Positions 30,031-39,608 of a DNA stretch of 64,000 nt are shown piece after piece. Numbering within the stretch: the stretch's first letter is position 1; each line of letters starts with the position of its first letter. A program made the position numbers and the translations under genes. This stretch comes from a virus. The stretch spans positions 17,183 through 81,182 of IMG/VR virus record IMGVR_UViG_3300033145_000777. The stretch is one strand, 5' to 3'. The notes under the pieces were generated by a model. That model was not told the DNA's origin and did not search any database. It was given only the letters and a program-made list of their open reading frames with translations.

Positions 30031-30290
30031 AACAGATGGATTTAATGGGTAAAGAGATGCCGGAGGAACTTACAAGAGATGGTCCTACTCCAAATGTGAT
30101 CCTTCACGTTATAATTCCTGAGATGTGGTGTGAAGGAGATCTTACGCCTCATGGTAAAGTACCTTTGCCGTGTGATAAACCAAAGAACTTTGGTGAGGAT
30201 GGTCAGTGTCGAGAATGTTATCTCGAATACTTGGAAGATCCTGAACGAGAGGATGATATGTACTGCACATCCATTAAAGGAGAGTGTTGA
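30027..30290 (+). CDS. Hypothetical Cys-rich protein
   Basis: ATGA overlap. Confidence 0.5.
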   Translation: MKQMDLMGKEMPEELTRDGPTPNVILHVIIPEMWCEGDLTPHGKVPLPCDKPKNFGEDGQCRECYLEYLEDPEREDDMYCTSIKGEC

Positions 30291-30739
30291 CGGATAAATA
30301 GAATTGAAGAACTGAAATCAAACCTTGACCTGGTTAACCAAAAACTTAGGAATAATCTATCACCTCAACAAAAATCAAGATTGATGAAAGGAAAATATAG
30401 GTTGAAAGGGAGAATCGCAGAGGCAGAATACAACCTAAAAAGGGAGAGTAGTTAGGTGAAAAAAACTAGAGCTGGACCACCCAAATGTGAAGTATGCGGG
30501 TCAATAATGGAGGCTTGGACAAGGAAATACACGAAGGATAATAGCCTTCTATGGGTATGTCCCAAGTTCTGTAACGTCCAGAAAAACGGAGGCACTTAAG
30601 TGATTATTCCAAAAGAAATCCATGAAGCTACATGCAAACGAATTACCAGAGAGTTCCTTGAAAAAAATCACCCAAACTTGATGAAAGCTCTTGATAAGAT
30701 CGGTAAATCTGACCATAAAAGGGAGAGAACTTATGTAAA

Positions 30740-31480
30740 ATGAATTACTTTCAACCATACGGTGCAGGGGTAGACAGTAAAGCATTAAAAATAATCATAC
30801 TTAATCAAGATAACTTTGATACACCCGATTATCTAAACAATCCAATAGAATCTGTATTCGTAGACCCAGGAGCAGAGATGCCGGGAACAGTTGAGGATGT
30901 TCACGCTATGAATGAAAAGGACTGGAATATACGGATATTGAAACCAGATAACAAGGGATTCGATAACATTTACGATTTTTATTGGGCTGAAAAAATGGTT
31001 CCAATGTATAAGTTCCGTAGTTGCACCCATAAATTCAAACAACGACCACAGAGGAAATACTATAAGCAGTTTGAACCTTATACGCTTTTCATCGGGTTTG
31101 ACTACTCGGAACGTCATAGGGTTATTGAGGAATCAAAGCTCAAGAAGGAGTTTTATAAGTATCCACTTGTTGATATGAAAATCACTAGGAAACGGTCAAA
31201 AAAGATTATTGAGGAATATGGAGAAACCGTGCCTCCTAAATCGGGGTGCTTTTTCTGTATCTATCAGAGCCGTGAATCTTGGTATGCTTTGATGAGGGAT
31301 TATCCTGTTCTGTTCTGGAAATCAGTGGCCTTGGAGGAAAACTGTGAAAAGATGAATCTCAGGGCGAAAGGAACCTTGAGAGGTCTGTATCCTCCACCAG
31401 CTACTTTTCAAGAAGTTGATATGGGTTGTAGACAATGTATGTTTGGGTTAGATCCAAACATCCGTAAAAGGGGAGAGTAG
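30740..31480 (+). CDS. PAPS-reductase/PP-loop family protein
   Basis: YGAGVDS, DPGAE, RSCT..FK..P, IGFD..E..R, YPL, KSGCFFC. Confidence 0.75.
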   Translation: MNYFQPYGAGVDSKALKIIILNQDNFDTPDYLNNPIESVFVDPGAEMPGTVEDVHAMNEKDWNIRILKPDNKGFDNIYDFYWAEKMVPMYKFRSCTHKFKQRPQRKYYKQFEPYTLFIGFDYSERHRVIEESKLKKEFYKYPLVDMKITRKRSKKIIEEYGETVPPKSGCFFCIYQSRESWYALMRDYPVLFWKSVALEENCEKMNLRAKGTLRGLYPPPATFQEVDMGCRQCMFGLDPNIRKRGE

Positions 31481-31484
31481 TTAG

Positions 31485-31820
31485 GTGATGCAGGAAATTG
31501 ACCCAAGAGTAGAAGCTCGTATGGATGATCCGAATGCTCCAACACTCAAGTCGAAGTACATTATGAGTCTTGTTGTTATTGCTAAACCTAAGACATGGAT
31601 ATACGCTATCCTGACCAAGGATACTCATGACATCATGGGGAAGGTGAGGTGGTATGGTATGACTTACATCTTTGAACCCAACAATGACCCAAGATATGTT
31701 GACAGGTTCTATGAGAGTTGCTTGAGGGCTATCGCTGACTTTATCCATGACTTGAAGGAAGAAAGAAAAGAAGCCAAGAAAAGGAGAGAGATTCGGAGGA
31801 GTAATGATGACATGGTATGA
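31485..31820 (+). CDS. Hypothetical protein
   Basis: 111 aa ORF. Confidence 0.5.
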   Translation: MMQEIDPRVEARMDDPNAPTLKSKYIMSLVVIAKPKTWIYAILTKDTHDIMGKVRWYGMTYIFEPNNDPRYVDRFYESCLRAIADFIHDLKEERKEAKKRREIRRSNDDMV

Positions 31821-32080
31821 GACAATTTTTTATGCTTGCCTGTATGCTTGGGTTGGGCTTGGGTTTGGTTTCTGGTTGAGGCGTGTCTGGGATTACAATA
31901 AAGAGGAGGAGAAGAACCATGAAAACTGATCGCCTCAAGACACATTCAGACCAATATACCTATCCTAACTCATCGAAACATCAGTTATCAAATCAACCAT
32001 TTTTACTGCTCTATTTAAACAATTAAACCGTATTACGGGTTTCACTCAACTATGACCCCCTGAAATCAAAGTTCTTATAT

Positions 32081-32112
32081 AATATCATGCATGAATATCA
32101 TGCATATCATAC
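32081..32112 (+). repeat. Tandem direct repeats (candidate operator) next to TATA
   Basis: AATATCATGCAT at 32081 and 32094 plus partial third copy; TTATATAA at 32075. Confidence 0.6.
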
Positions 32113-32133
32113 ACGTTCCTCATGTGGTTTACT

Positions 32134-32271
32134 ATGGTGAAAACAATTAGAATTGAAAACATTCCCGACATTCTATATGAAAGGCTCGTAGAACTCAAAA
32201 AACAGCATAAAGTTAAGAGGTGGATTGATTTTCTTTGGATAGTAGAGAAAGTGATGGAAAAATACGAGTAA
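32134..32271 (+). CDS. RHH-like small DNA-binding protein (45 aa)
   Basis: MVKTIRIENIPDILYERLVELKK. Confidence 0.6.
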   Translation: MVKTIRIENIPDILYERLVELKKQHKVKRWIDFLWIVEKVMEKYE

Positions 32272-33176
32272 TCGAGTACCCAGCAAAAATCATAGGATTC
32301 GATAAACACGGTTTTCTAAAAGTAGAAAGGGAGTATCAAAAAACTTTCTTTGATAACCCTTCTCTGCTGTTTGATGGAGCTATTGCTATACACTCTGAAA
32401 TACCTGTTCCGTTGTCTCAATTCAGAATTGACCTTCTATTCAAGGACATTGAAAATAACTTTCTGTTAATAGAACTTAAAATATGCAATGATCAGCAATC
32501 TTTTGAGGCTGTTAAGACAAATGGTCTCAATCAGATTGGTAGATACCTGAATAAGATTGATGACTTCAACGCTTTATTTAATGTGCATGTTACTGTAATT
32601 CCTTACCTTGTAATAATATCAAAATGCAACCAAGTTATGGTTCATGAAGGAAAAAACCATAAACCAAAAAAGCATCATATTAATCAAGAAGCATATCTTG
32701 AATGGAACACAAAAAAATATCACAAAAATGGAGAATTAGTAATACTTGATGGGTTAATCACAAAACAGAAGAAAAAACTCAGAAACCTAAAACGACTAAT
32801 CAAAAAGACAGAGACAAGAGCCTTAAGGTTAACAGAAATTGAGGAACTAAAAATAGAGAAACTGAAAAACTCTAGTGACGGGTTTATTGTAGATTTAATA
32901 GAGAAAATTGACAAAGGAGAAGATATACTTCTCTCTACTGCTACTGGAAAAAACATAAACGTTGTTAAAAACCTGTTATCACAGGCAGGAATACCTTATC
33001 TTTCTGAATCCAAAACAGGGTACAATTTTAATGATCCTGAGTTAAACGAAAACAACGTTGTTCACTTCTTCTTTTCATACATTAACTTGCCCTCTATTGT
33101 ATTACCCATTCTTGAATCAGTATCCAATCTAAGATATTTTAGTTTCAATAATACAAGGGAAATACTACAAGCCTGA
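32235..33176 (+). CDS. PD-(D/E)XK (NucS-like) nuclease-domain protein with coiled coil
   Basis: SEIPV...RIDLLFKD..N.FLLIELK...QIGRY; AT-rich; start uncertain. Confidence 0.65.
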   Translation: MDSRESDGKIRVIEYPAKIIGFDKHGFLKVEREYQKTFFDNPSLLFDGAIAIHSEIPVPLSQFRIDLLFKDIENNFLLIELKICNDQQSFEAVKTNGLNQIGRYLNKIDDFNALFNVHVTVIPYLVIISKCNQVMVHEGKNHKPKKHHINQEAYLEWNTKKYHKNGELVILDGLITKQKKKLRNLKRLIKKTETRALRLTEIEELKIEKLKNSSDGFIVDLIEKIDKGEDILLSTATGKNINVVKNLLSQAGIPYLSESKTGYNFNDPELNENNVVHFFFSYINLPSIVLPILESVSNLRYFSFNNTREILQA

Positions 33177-33180
33177 TTAT

Positions 33181-33234
33181 TTCAGTCCCTAAATCTTTTA
33201 TATGGTTCAAGGTAATAAGTACTGACTCAAAATG
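33181..33234 (+). promoter_or_regulatory. Repeated promoter/start motif, copy 4 (type B)
   Basis: TTCAGTCCCTAAATCTTTTATATGG...CTGACTCAAAATG. Confidence 0.8.
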
Positions 33235-34720
33235 GTAGATATAAGGAAAGACTACATAGGAACCTTGACTCAACATGTTCCTAATGGTGAGGACATATTT
33301 CATGGTGTTCTCTGTGATACTGCATTCAACAAAAGGGAAGCAATAGCAAACCTTGCATATTTATTCAACGAGTTCCTTCCAGACTCAATCGGAGTTGTGA
33401 CTGTTGTACAGGAATCCCTGATGGAGGAGGGACTTAAGCGAAACTGCTCAAATTGTGGACACTTTGACTGTAACAACGACAAGGAGTACGAACATGAGTA
33501 CCCAGAGGGAAGCGCGGGAAAATGTGGACACCCTGAAGGCTTGGATCACATCGAGGACGGCGATACTATTTGGAGTGAGCTTCAGTGCAGTGTGTTCATA
33601 GCAGATGAAATGCTAGTGGAGTTCGCTCAAGAAGCGCGCAAGAGGACAGAGTATCAGAGGAGTCATTAGATGGAAAGCTTAACTCGCCCTGAACTGATGC
33701 GCCTAACAGTGCTTTATAGCAACTATGTTATGGAGTACCCAGATACTCATGGACCCGGATGCTACCCTGTCTGTGTGCAAGAGTTCTACATGAACGAGTA
33801 TCAAGACCTCTTAGCTGAGGCTGAGAATAAAGGCTGTGAGGGGTGCGGGATGCTACCCGATAAACCTAAGGCATGTTGGGTTGGTTGCCCAGGATTAGAG
33901 GTGTCAAAGAGTGAATGATGTAAGGATCATCAAAACCTATGACCGTAAAGTGGGGAAACTCATTTTCAAGGGAAAGCATAGGCACAATGAGCTTGTGCCA
34001 GAGGTGGCTTTCATCCAAGATGGATCAGACCATGATGAAGCTCCATACATTCTGTATGGCCGGGATCATGATAACTACCACTTAGCGACACCTGCGAACC
34101 TTGGACGGTTAGCCAACCTCCGAGTGCTTGATGAGGAGATTGAGCAGATTAAAAAGAAAATGGAAATCATCATCTCAGGTATGACTGACCCAATCTACGC
34201 TGAAAGCTACTGGAAACACGCAACCCCTGAGGTGCTGTAAATAATGAAGTGTCATGAAGAGTTAAAGAAAATGCCTGATACAAGGCACCTTATCAAGAAA
34301 GGCGACACTGCATACGCATTATTCTTCCCCTGCCATAACTGGTTTAAAGGAGAAGTTCTTGAAAACGAGGAGGGGCTCTATATTGTCTGTGAAACAGATG
34401 GAGAAGAGATCGTATCTGTAGGGTATATAGAGAATGCGTATCACGCTATACTAGCAACCCCAGAGCCGATCTAATTGAATGGTGCGCGTCTGTATCTGAA
34501 ACTCATCGCTTCATTGGATAGAATGGAAAAACTTTGCAGGGATCATGATAGCTACTCGAAGGATATGGTCTTAGATACTTATCGATTTCAATTAGAGGAA
34601 GAACTTGATACAACGAGGATAGAAACTCCTTTAGTCCAACTCTCAAGCAGTTGGATCGAGGTAGGTCCTTTTCGTTTTCATCTAAGCTCCTGTAATGAAG
34701 ACCATTATTTCCGTACATAA
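33232..34720 (+). other. Operon of five small hypothetical genes (33232-33669, 33670-33918, 33911-34240, 34244-34474, 34475-34720)
   Basis: Abutting/overlapping ORFs between two promoter motifs; several Cys-rich. Confidence 0.6.
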
Positions 34721-34730
34721 CCCCTTTTAT

Positions 34731-34784
34731 TTCAACCCATAAATCTTTTATATGGTTCAAGTTTAGATATATTGACCCAAATTG
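34731..34784 (+). promoter_or_regulatory. Repeated promoter/start motif, copy 5 (type B, TTG start)
   Basis: TTCAACCCATAAATCTTTTATATGG...TTGACCCAAATTG. Confidence 0.8.
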
Positions 34785-35855
34785 GAAAAAGTAGTAACCA
34801 AAACTAGAAGCCCAGAACTCATTATGACTGATTGCCCACAGAACCCTGAGGGCTTCAAGTTTGAGGACTGTAAGACTTGTCCCATGTGTGTGAGCTGGAA
34901 AAAGCTTTATGGAGACACATTCGAGGTTGTGTGCAAGAACCTCACTGAAAAGGAGATCAAGTTGCTCCCTGAACCATCAAAAGATGTGGAGTACGAATCA
35001 GCATGGTAGAACTTAGCGTAAGAACGGAAAACCTGGAAGACCTGATTGAGTTTGTACAACACCACCTCATAGAAAAACTACGAGAAGGATACACATCTGG
35101 TTATGAGGGTGGCAAACTTTGGTGGGATTTGAAAAAGGAGGGAGACAGAATAATGAAGTTTACTGAAGTAGAGAAAATGGAAAACGGGGCAATCCTGACT
35201 TTCAAGAGACACTTGACTGAGGGTGAGGTAGGCCCCGATGATGATCACATACCTTACGGTCTCAGTATGGGTGGAAAAGGGTTCTACGTCATGTTGGATG
35301 GGAAGACCTACCTCATGACTTGGAAGGATTTTGTTGAAGGCGCGTACTTACAGCTGAGGAAGGATCATCCACGATGAGCTTTGATCATAGATTCGGACTC
35401 GGTATTGGAGGGAGCTACGAGGACCCGTACATACCGCCTTGTTGTGATGACTGTGCCGAAGACTGTGACCCGAATTATCCCTGCAAGACCATGATGGACT
35501 TCAACAAAAATCAAGCAGAAAACATGCCTGTTCAGGAACCTCCAGTACCTGAAGATCGTGGCCTGGATGAACGGTGGGAGGGAGAGATATAATGACTTGG
35601 ACGAGACACAAAGATATGGAAGGAGGAGCAGTAAAGAGGTGGCTTCATAACCCGGAAGTGGGGGTCATCTCAGTTGTCACAGGAAATGACGATTACAAAC
35701 TGAAAAGCATAGACGGGGAAATCAGATATGTGTTCAACGACAGATGCTTCTCAATTCCCTGTACTCTAAGAGTAGTCGCTAAGATGCCTGACTCCGAGAT
35801 TATCAAGGTAGCTGAGAGAAGTCACAAGGAAATAATAGCCTTAATTGTGGAGTAA
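34782..35855 (+). other. Operon of small hypothetical genes (34782-35009, 35003-35377, 35374-35592, 35592-35855)
   Basis: Coupled ORFs after promoter motif. Confidence 0.6.
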
Positions 35856-36025
35856 CCCTGACTATGCCTTATCACCCTAAGATTCATAGATGCGTCGATG
35901 ATGATCATCAACAGGTGTGTTATTGGGCTGAGAACTACAAGGGAGTAATTTACTGCTCCAAATTCTGTGGCGATGTTATGCAGCCAGCTAAACTACGATG
36001 GTGCTCAGGGTTTAAAGAAACCTGA

Positions 36026-36078
36026 TTCAGTCCCTAAATCTTTTATATGCTCAAGGTAAGGTAGTACTGACCTAAATG
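36026..36078 (+). promoter_or_regulatory. Repeated promoter/start motif, copy 6 (type B)
   Basis: TTCAGTCCCTAAATCTTTTATATGC...CTGACCTAAATG. Confidence 0.8.
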
Positions 36079-36116
36079 GTAATAAAAAATCAAAACATAT
36101 TATGGGAGGAAGCTCA

Positions 36117-36866
36117 GTGAGCTTCTTTGAATACTGTAATCTCAAGGAGTTCGGGATGCTAATGGATTGTGTTCGATCTGTTATTGAGCAACCCGTTATG
36201 ACGATAAACGAGGAAGGAATACACTGCATGGGTATGGACCCTAGCCACGTAGCTATGATGGAGTTTAAACTTCCAGCAACAGCATTCACCAAATTCCAGC
36301 CCTTCGGTGAGGACGTTCTATGGGATATTGACTCGATGAAGAGAAAGCTGTTCAAGAAAGCCAAGATCACTGAAACCCTCACATTCAGGAACCTGATCAC
36401 TAAAAAGGTGTTGGAATGGACGAGGAGTGAGCAACACCTCAACAGGGTCAAGCGTTTCCCATACATTGACCCACTTAAAGAGGAGGTGCCCTCACCGAAG
36501 ATTAGATGGCAAGGCATAGTGAGGATTGCTTCAACCCCTTTAATCACAGCACTAGAAGACTTCGATGAACACGTATTCTTTTCGCTGGACAAAGATGTCT
36601 TCAGCTTATCCGAGCTAACCGATGTGTCTGAGGATGAAACGCCTTGGGATAAGGATAACAACTCAATCCTCGAAATGACTCAACTAACTGAAGAACCTGT
36701 AAAGTCTGCGTACAGTGCTGTGTTTCTGCTCGATATAATGAGACCTCTAAGAAAAGTAGCTGAGGTGGTCAAGCTCTCATTCACAACTAGTATGCCTACG
36801 CTAATAGAAGCTGAGCTCCCCCAAGGAACGATAAAGTACTGGCTGGCTCCATGTATAGGACTATGA
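36117..36866 (+). CDS. pcn: PCNA-type DNA sliding clamp
   Basis: GIHCMGMDPSHVAMM N-terminal and IKYWLAP C-terminal signatures; ~250 aa; probable GTG start after GGAGG. Confidence 0.85.
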   Translation: MSFFEYCNLKEFGMLMDCVRSVIEQPVMTINEEGIHCMGMDPSHVAMMEFKLPATAFTKFQPFGEDVLWDIDSMKRKLFKKAKITETLTFRNLITKKVLEWTRSEQHLNRVKRFPYIDPLKEEVPSPKIRWQGIVRIASTPLITALEDFDEHVFFSLDKDVFSLSELTDVSEDETPWDKDNNSILEMTQLTEEPVKSAYSAVFLLDIMRPLRKVAEVVKLSFTTSMPTLIEAELPQGTIKYWLAPCIGL

Positions 36867-37207
36867 CTAAAATGATTTCAAAGAAAAAACTGATGGAAGG
36901 AACAATCGAGGAAAAAGTCCTGTATCTCAGGACCCCATACAATAGACTGAATCCACTACATGAGGCAGAAATGCTTCAAGAGATCATGGATACAGTGCCT
37001 GAGGTAAAGACTCAGAGAGACCTTGCAAAATACCTGAACTGGCCGGAATCAACGATCAGTATCCACATCAAGATACTGAAGCACCTTGACCCTGCGATCA
37101 AGAAACACCTCAACGAAACGGTTGAGACGCCCACAGCCTACACACTCTACGCAATATCGAAACTACCAAAACCTGAACAACTAGCCGCTTATGATGCTAG
37201 GACATAA
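36863..37207 (+). CDS. ParB/Spo0J-like HTH protein
   Basis: LNPLHEA...TQRDLAKYLNWPESTISIHIKIL. Confidence 0.65.
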   Translation: MTKMISKKKLMEGTIEEKVLYLRTPYNRLNPLHEAEMLQEIMDTVPEVKTQRDLAKYLNWPESTISIHIKILKHLDPAIKKHLNETVETPTAYTLYAISKLPKPEQLAAYDART

Positions 37208-37211
37208 ATGA

Positions 37212-37652
37212 TTGATGCTTATGGATGCTATTGATCGCTATGAAAACCTCATCAGCAAGGTTCTGGGGGTAATTCATAGTAACAAGCATAGTATGGACAC
37301 GCAGGTCCTCATGGTTATGAAAACAACTGTGCGTCAAGCAATGAAGGATTACCTGTTTGAGAACAGAAACCCCTTTGAGGTTGACTACCAGGGCAAGATA
37401 GATGCGGTGGACTTAATTTTTAATGTACTCAAAGAACACGAAAAGAACCTAGATACCCTGATTAATAACCTTGATAATACAACCTCTGGGATTGACAAAT
37501 TGACAATCAACCAAGCCGTCAGGGATCGAGTCCGGGTTGGAGCCGTTCATAGGGTCACAATTAAAGAATTTGAAACAGGGACTTGGCTGATAAAGGACGT
37601 ATATCTTAGAAAAGATGGATCAGTAGGGGCTGTATCCCTGTCTGTACAATGA
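37212..37652 (+). CDS. Hypothetical coiled-coil protein
   Basis: 146 aa ORF. Confidence 0.5.
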   Translation: MMLMDAIDRYENLISKVLGVIHSNKHSMDTQVLMVMKTTVRQAMKDYLFENRNPFEVDYQGKIDAVDLIFNVLKEHEKNLDTLINNLDNTTSGIDKLTINQAVRDRVRVGAVHRVTIKEFETGTWLIKDVYLRKDGSVGAVSLSVQ

Positions 37653-38000
37653 GGAGGAATGAAAAATGCCTGAAATTGATCTTGGGTTCTGCCCACGATG
37701 TAAAAGCGATTGGCCGATGATGACAAGGGTTGTCTATGGTGTGAAGTTCTGTCACCTTTGTTCCTTTGAAGTGGAAGAGAATCGTCATGAGCGTGAACGA
37801 TGGGTACAGTGGGCTAAGGACTACGCAAAGGAGAAATGAAAATGGCTGACATAATTATTGATTATAAAGGAAACTGTCCCAACTGCGATAGGTCAGACTT
37901 TGAGGTTGTCGATGAGTTTGGAGAGGAACTTCAATGGATCAAATGTCGTTATTGTAGCGAACCCATTCACACTGAAAACGGAAAGATTGTGGAGGAATGA

Positions 38001-38210
38001 ATGATGCCGTCGCCAGCTCAGTTACGAAACAAAAGGATAAAGAAACTCGTAGAATATGGTAAGGAGTCAGGGCTCCTAGAAAATTGGGTGAACATCTATG
38101 ATAGCCTGTTCACGAAAGCGAAGAAGCTGTATCCGACAGTTGCAAGAAACACACTTCAGACGTATGCTAGAGCAGCGTACAGTATTCTTGAATCTGAACG
38201 AAACCCATAA
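38001..38210 (+). CDS. Small helical protein
   Basis: GGAGG RBS. Confidence 0.5.
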   Translation: MMPSPAQLRNKRIKKLVEYGKESGLLENWVNIYDSLFTKAKKLYPTVARNTLQTYARAAYSILESERNP

Positions 38211-38241
38211 TCTTAATTCCAACCATGACAAATAATAGATA

Positions 38242-38330
38242 GCCCGGTAGCAAAAGGGATTCTCCGTGTTTGCCATTTGGGTCACTACCGGGTGACTTCA
38301 ATTTGGGATCTAAATAACCGACCAACTTTT
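38242..38330 (+). ncRNA. Candidate small RNA with segments antisense to the promoter start motif
   Basis: CCCGGTAG/CTACCGGG stem; contains CCATTTGGGTCA and CAATTTGGGATC; ends in T-run. Confidence 0.3.
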
Positions 38331-38371
38331 GCCCATAAACTTTATATAAGTATTCTGTACAAGAAGGTATG
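38327..38371 (+). promoter_or_regulatory. Repeated promoter motif, copy 7 (type A), lacking the GACCCAAAATG element
   Basis: TTTTGCCCATAAACTTTATATAAG directly upstream of the structured region. Confidence 0.75.
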
Positions 38372-38990
38372 GAACCAAATAACCACCTGAAGGGGAAACC
38401 CCTCTCATGGATGGCTTGGTTCTGGGATGGAAACATCTCATAGGGCGAGCACATTCCTGAAAGTTCACCTCCTTAGGGAAGTCTTGGAAACATGGCAAAG
38501 ATGGAATTGAATTAATTAAGCTGATTGATTCTGCTCTTCCCTTCATACTCCCTATATGGGCTCCGAGTCGCTCAAAAAATGGGAAGGTGGTATCCCGCCT
38601 TCTCCGGTTAGAGCACCAGAACGCAAATGCTTCTGGAGGTCCACTCAAAGGTGCTAAAAGCATCCAAAACCTGAGAGTGAGAACGTCTAAGTCAGAATGG
38701 ATGCTGGCTTAGAAGGTGCATGAGGATTGCGAACCGTCTCCTCCTCGGGTGCCAATTCACGCTTCCTGCCAGAGGAATACCGACCAGCTTCGGCTGTTAG
38801 GGTAACTGGCATCTCCCCCTTGGTGGAATCGGGGGGAGATTTACTATCCAACAGGAATGGATACGGAGTCACGGGTGACTCTGTCTCAATGTGAGTAAAC
38901 AAAAAACCCAGTAGGGGTGGTTCCTGCCACTCCTACGAACTTTAATCTCCCCCAAGAGCGAGAAGAGGAACTCGGTAAAATACCTCATTA
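38371..38990 (+). ncRNA. Candidate large structured ncRNA (~620 nt)
   Basis: No + strand ORF of 60 aa or more; about ten hairpins including GAAA and UUCG tetraloops with many G-U pairs; own promoter; tRNA follows. Confidence 0.7.
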
Positions 38991-38992
38991 TT

Positions 38993-39077
38993 GTCCGGTT
39001 CGCCTAATCTGGTGGGGCAGTAGTCTTGAAAACTACTGAGCTTGCTCATACAGGTTCAAATCCTGTACCGGACGCCA
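38993..39077 (+). tRNA. tRNA-Ser(UGA)
   Basis: Acceptor GTCCGGT/ACCGGAC, discriminator G, encoded CCA; anticodon arm GTAGT-CTTGAAA-ACTAC; long variable arm; T arm ACAGG-TTCAAAT-CCTGT. Confidence 0.92.
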
Positions 39078-39086
39078 ACTTTTTAT

Positions 39087-39140
39087 TTTAGCCCATAAAC
39101 TTTATATAAGTTTCTAGCATAGATAGTTTGACCCAAAATG
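39087..39140 (+). promoter_or_regulatory. Repeated promoter/start motif, copy 8 (type A)
   Basis: Identical to 3051-3104. Confidence 0.85.
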
Positions 39141-39551
39141 CCAATCATCATTCCCATCATTGAAGGCGAGGTATACTGCGACGGCATGATATGCGTGAGT
39201 GCATACAAGAACATCGAGAAAAGAAAGGCTTGTCCTGACCGGAACACAGGAATGCTCTGTGGCGGTAAAATGAGGGACGTCTATAAGGATGAGGTAGATG
39301 TAGAGATTGAATCTTATCCTGATCTCAACGTCAACATTCACAGGAAAATTAGGTTAGTTAGGTCTGAGGGAAGTTTCGAGGTTCTGTTTAATTACTCAGT
39401 ACATTGGGATAAGGATGATGGCATGTTGACTGGCTCTATTTCAAGTTTCATGGAAAGAACTGATACCTTAGACGAGGCTATCGCTCTGGTTGATACTATG
39501 ACTGATCAGGTTAAAGTACGAGCAGTTCGATCCCGTAAAGCAGGAATATAA
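39138..39551 (+). CDS. Hypothetical protein
   Basis: Starts at motif ATG. Confidence 0.6.
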   Translation: MPIIIPIIEGEVYCDGMICVSAYKNIEKRKACPDRNTGMLCGGKMRDVYKDEVDVEIESYPDLNVNIHRKIRLVRSEGSFEVLFNYSVHWDKDDGMLTGSISSFMERTDTLDEAIALVDTMTDQVKVRAVRSRKAGI

Positions 39552-39554
39552 ATC

Positions 39555-39608
39555 TTTAGCCCATAAACTTTATTAAAGTATCATGCATAGTTAGTTTGAC
39601 CCAAAATG
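39555..39608 (+). promoter_or_regulatory. Repeated promoter/start motif, copy 9 (type A)
   Basis: TTTAGCCCATAAACTTTATTAAAG...TTTGACCCAAAATG. Confidence 0.8.

Noticed and set aside
38245-38324. Second tRNA ending in ACCA
   Set aside because: Acceptor and T stems do not pair adequately
38369-38443. 24-codon ORF at the start of the structured region
   Set aside because: Lacks the GACCCAAA leader, is buried in stable hairpins and has no protein-like features
38371-38990. RNase P RNA, group II intron or tmRNA identity for the large RNA
   Set aside because: Could not find the RNase P GAGGAAAGUCC element, a group II domain V, or a tmRNA-like end by eye; needs a covariance search
38993-39077. tRNA as selenocysteine or stop-suppressor tRNA
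   Set aside because: Anticodon is UGA, which reads UCA (Ser); a UGA-codon reader needs anticodon UCA; no sign of recoding in the ORFs
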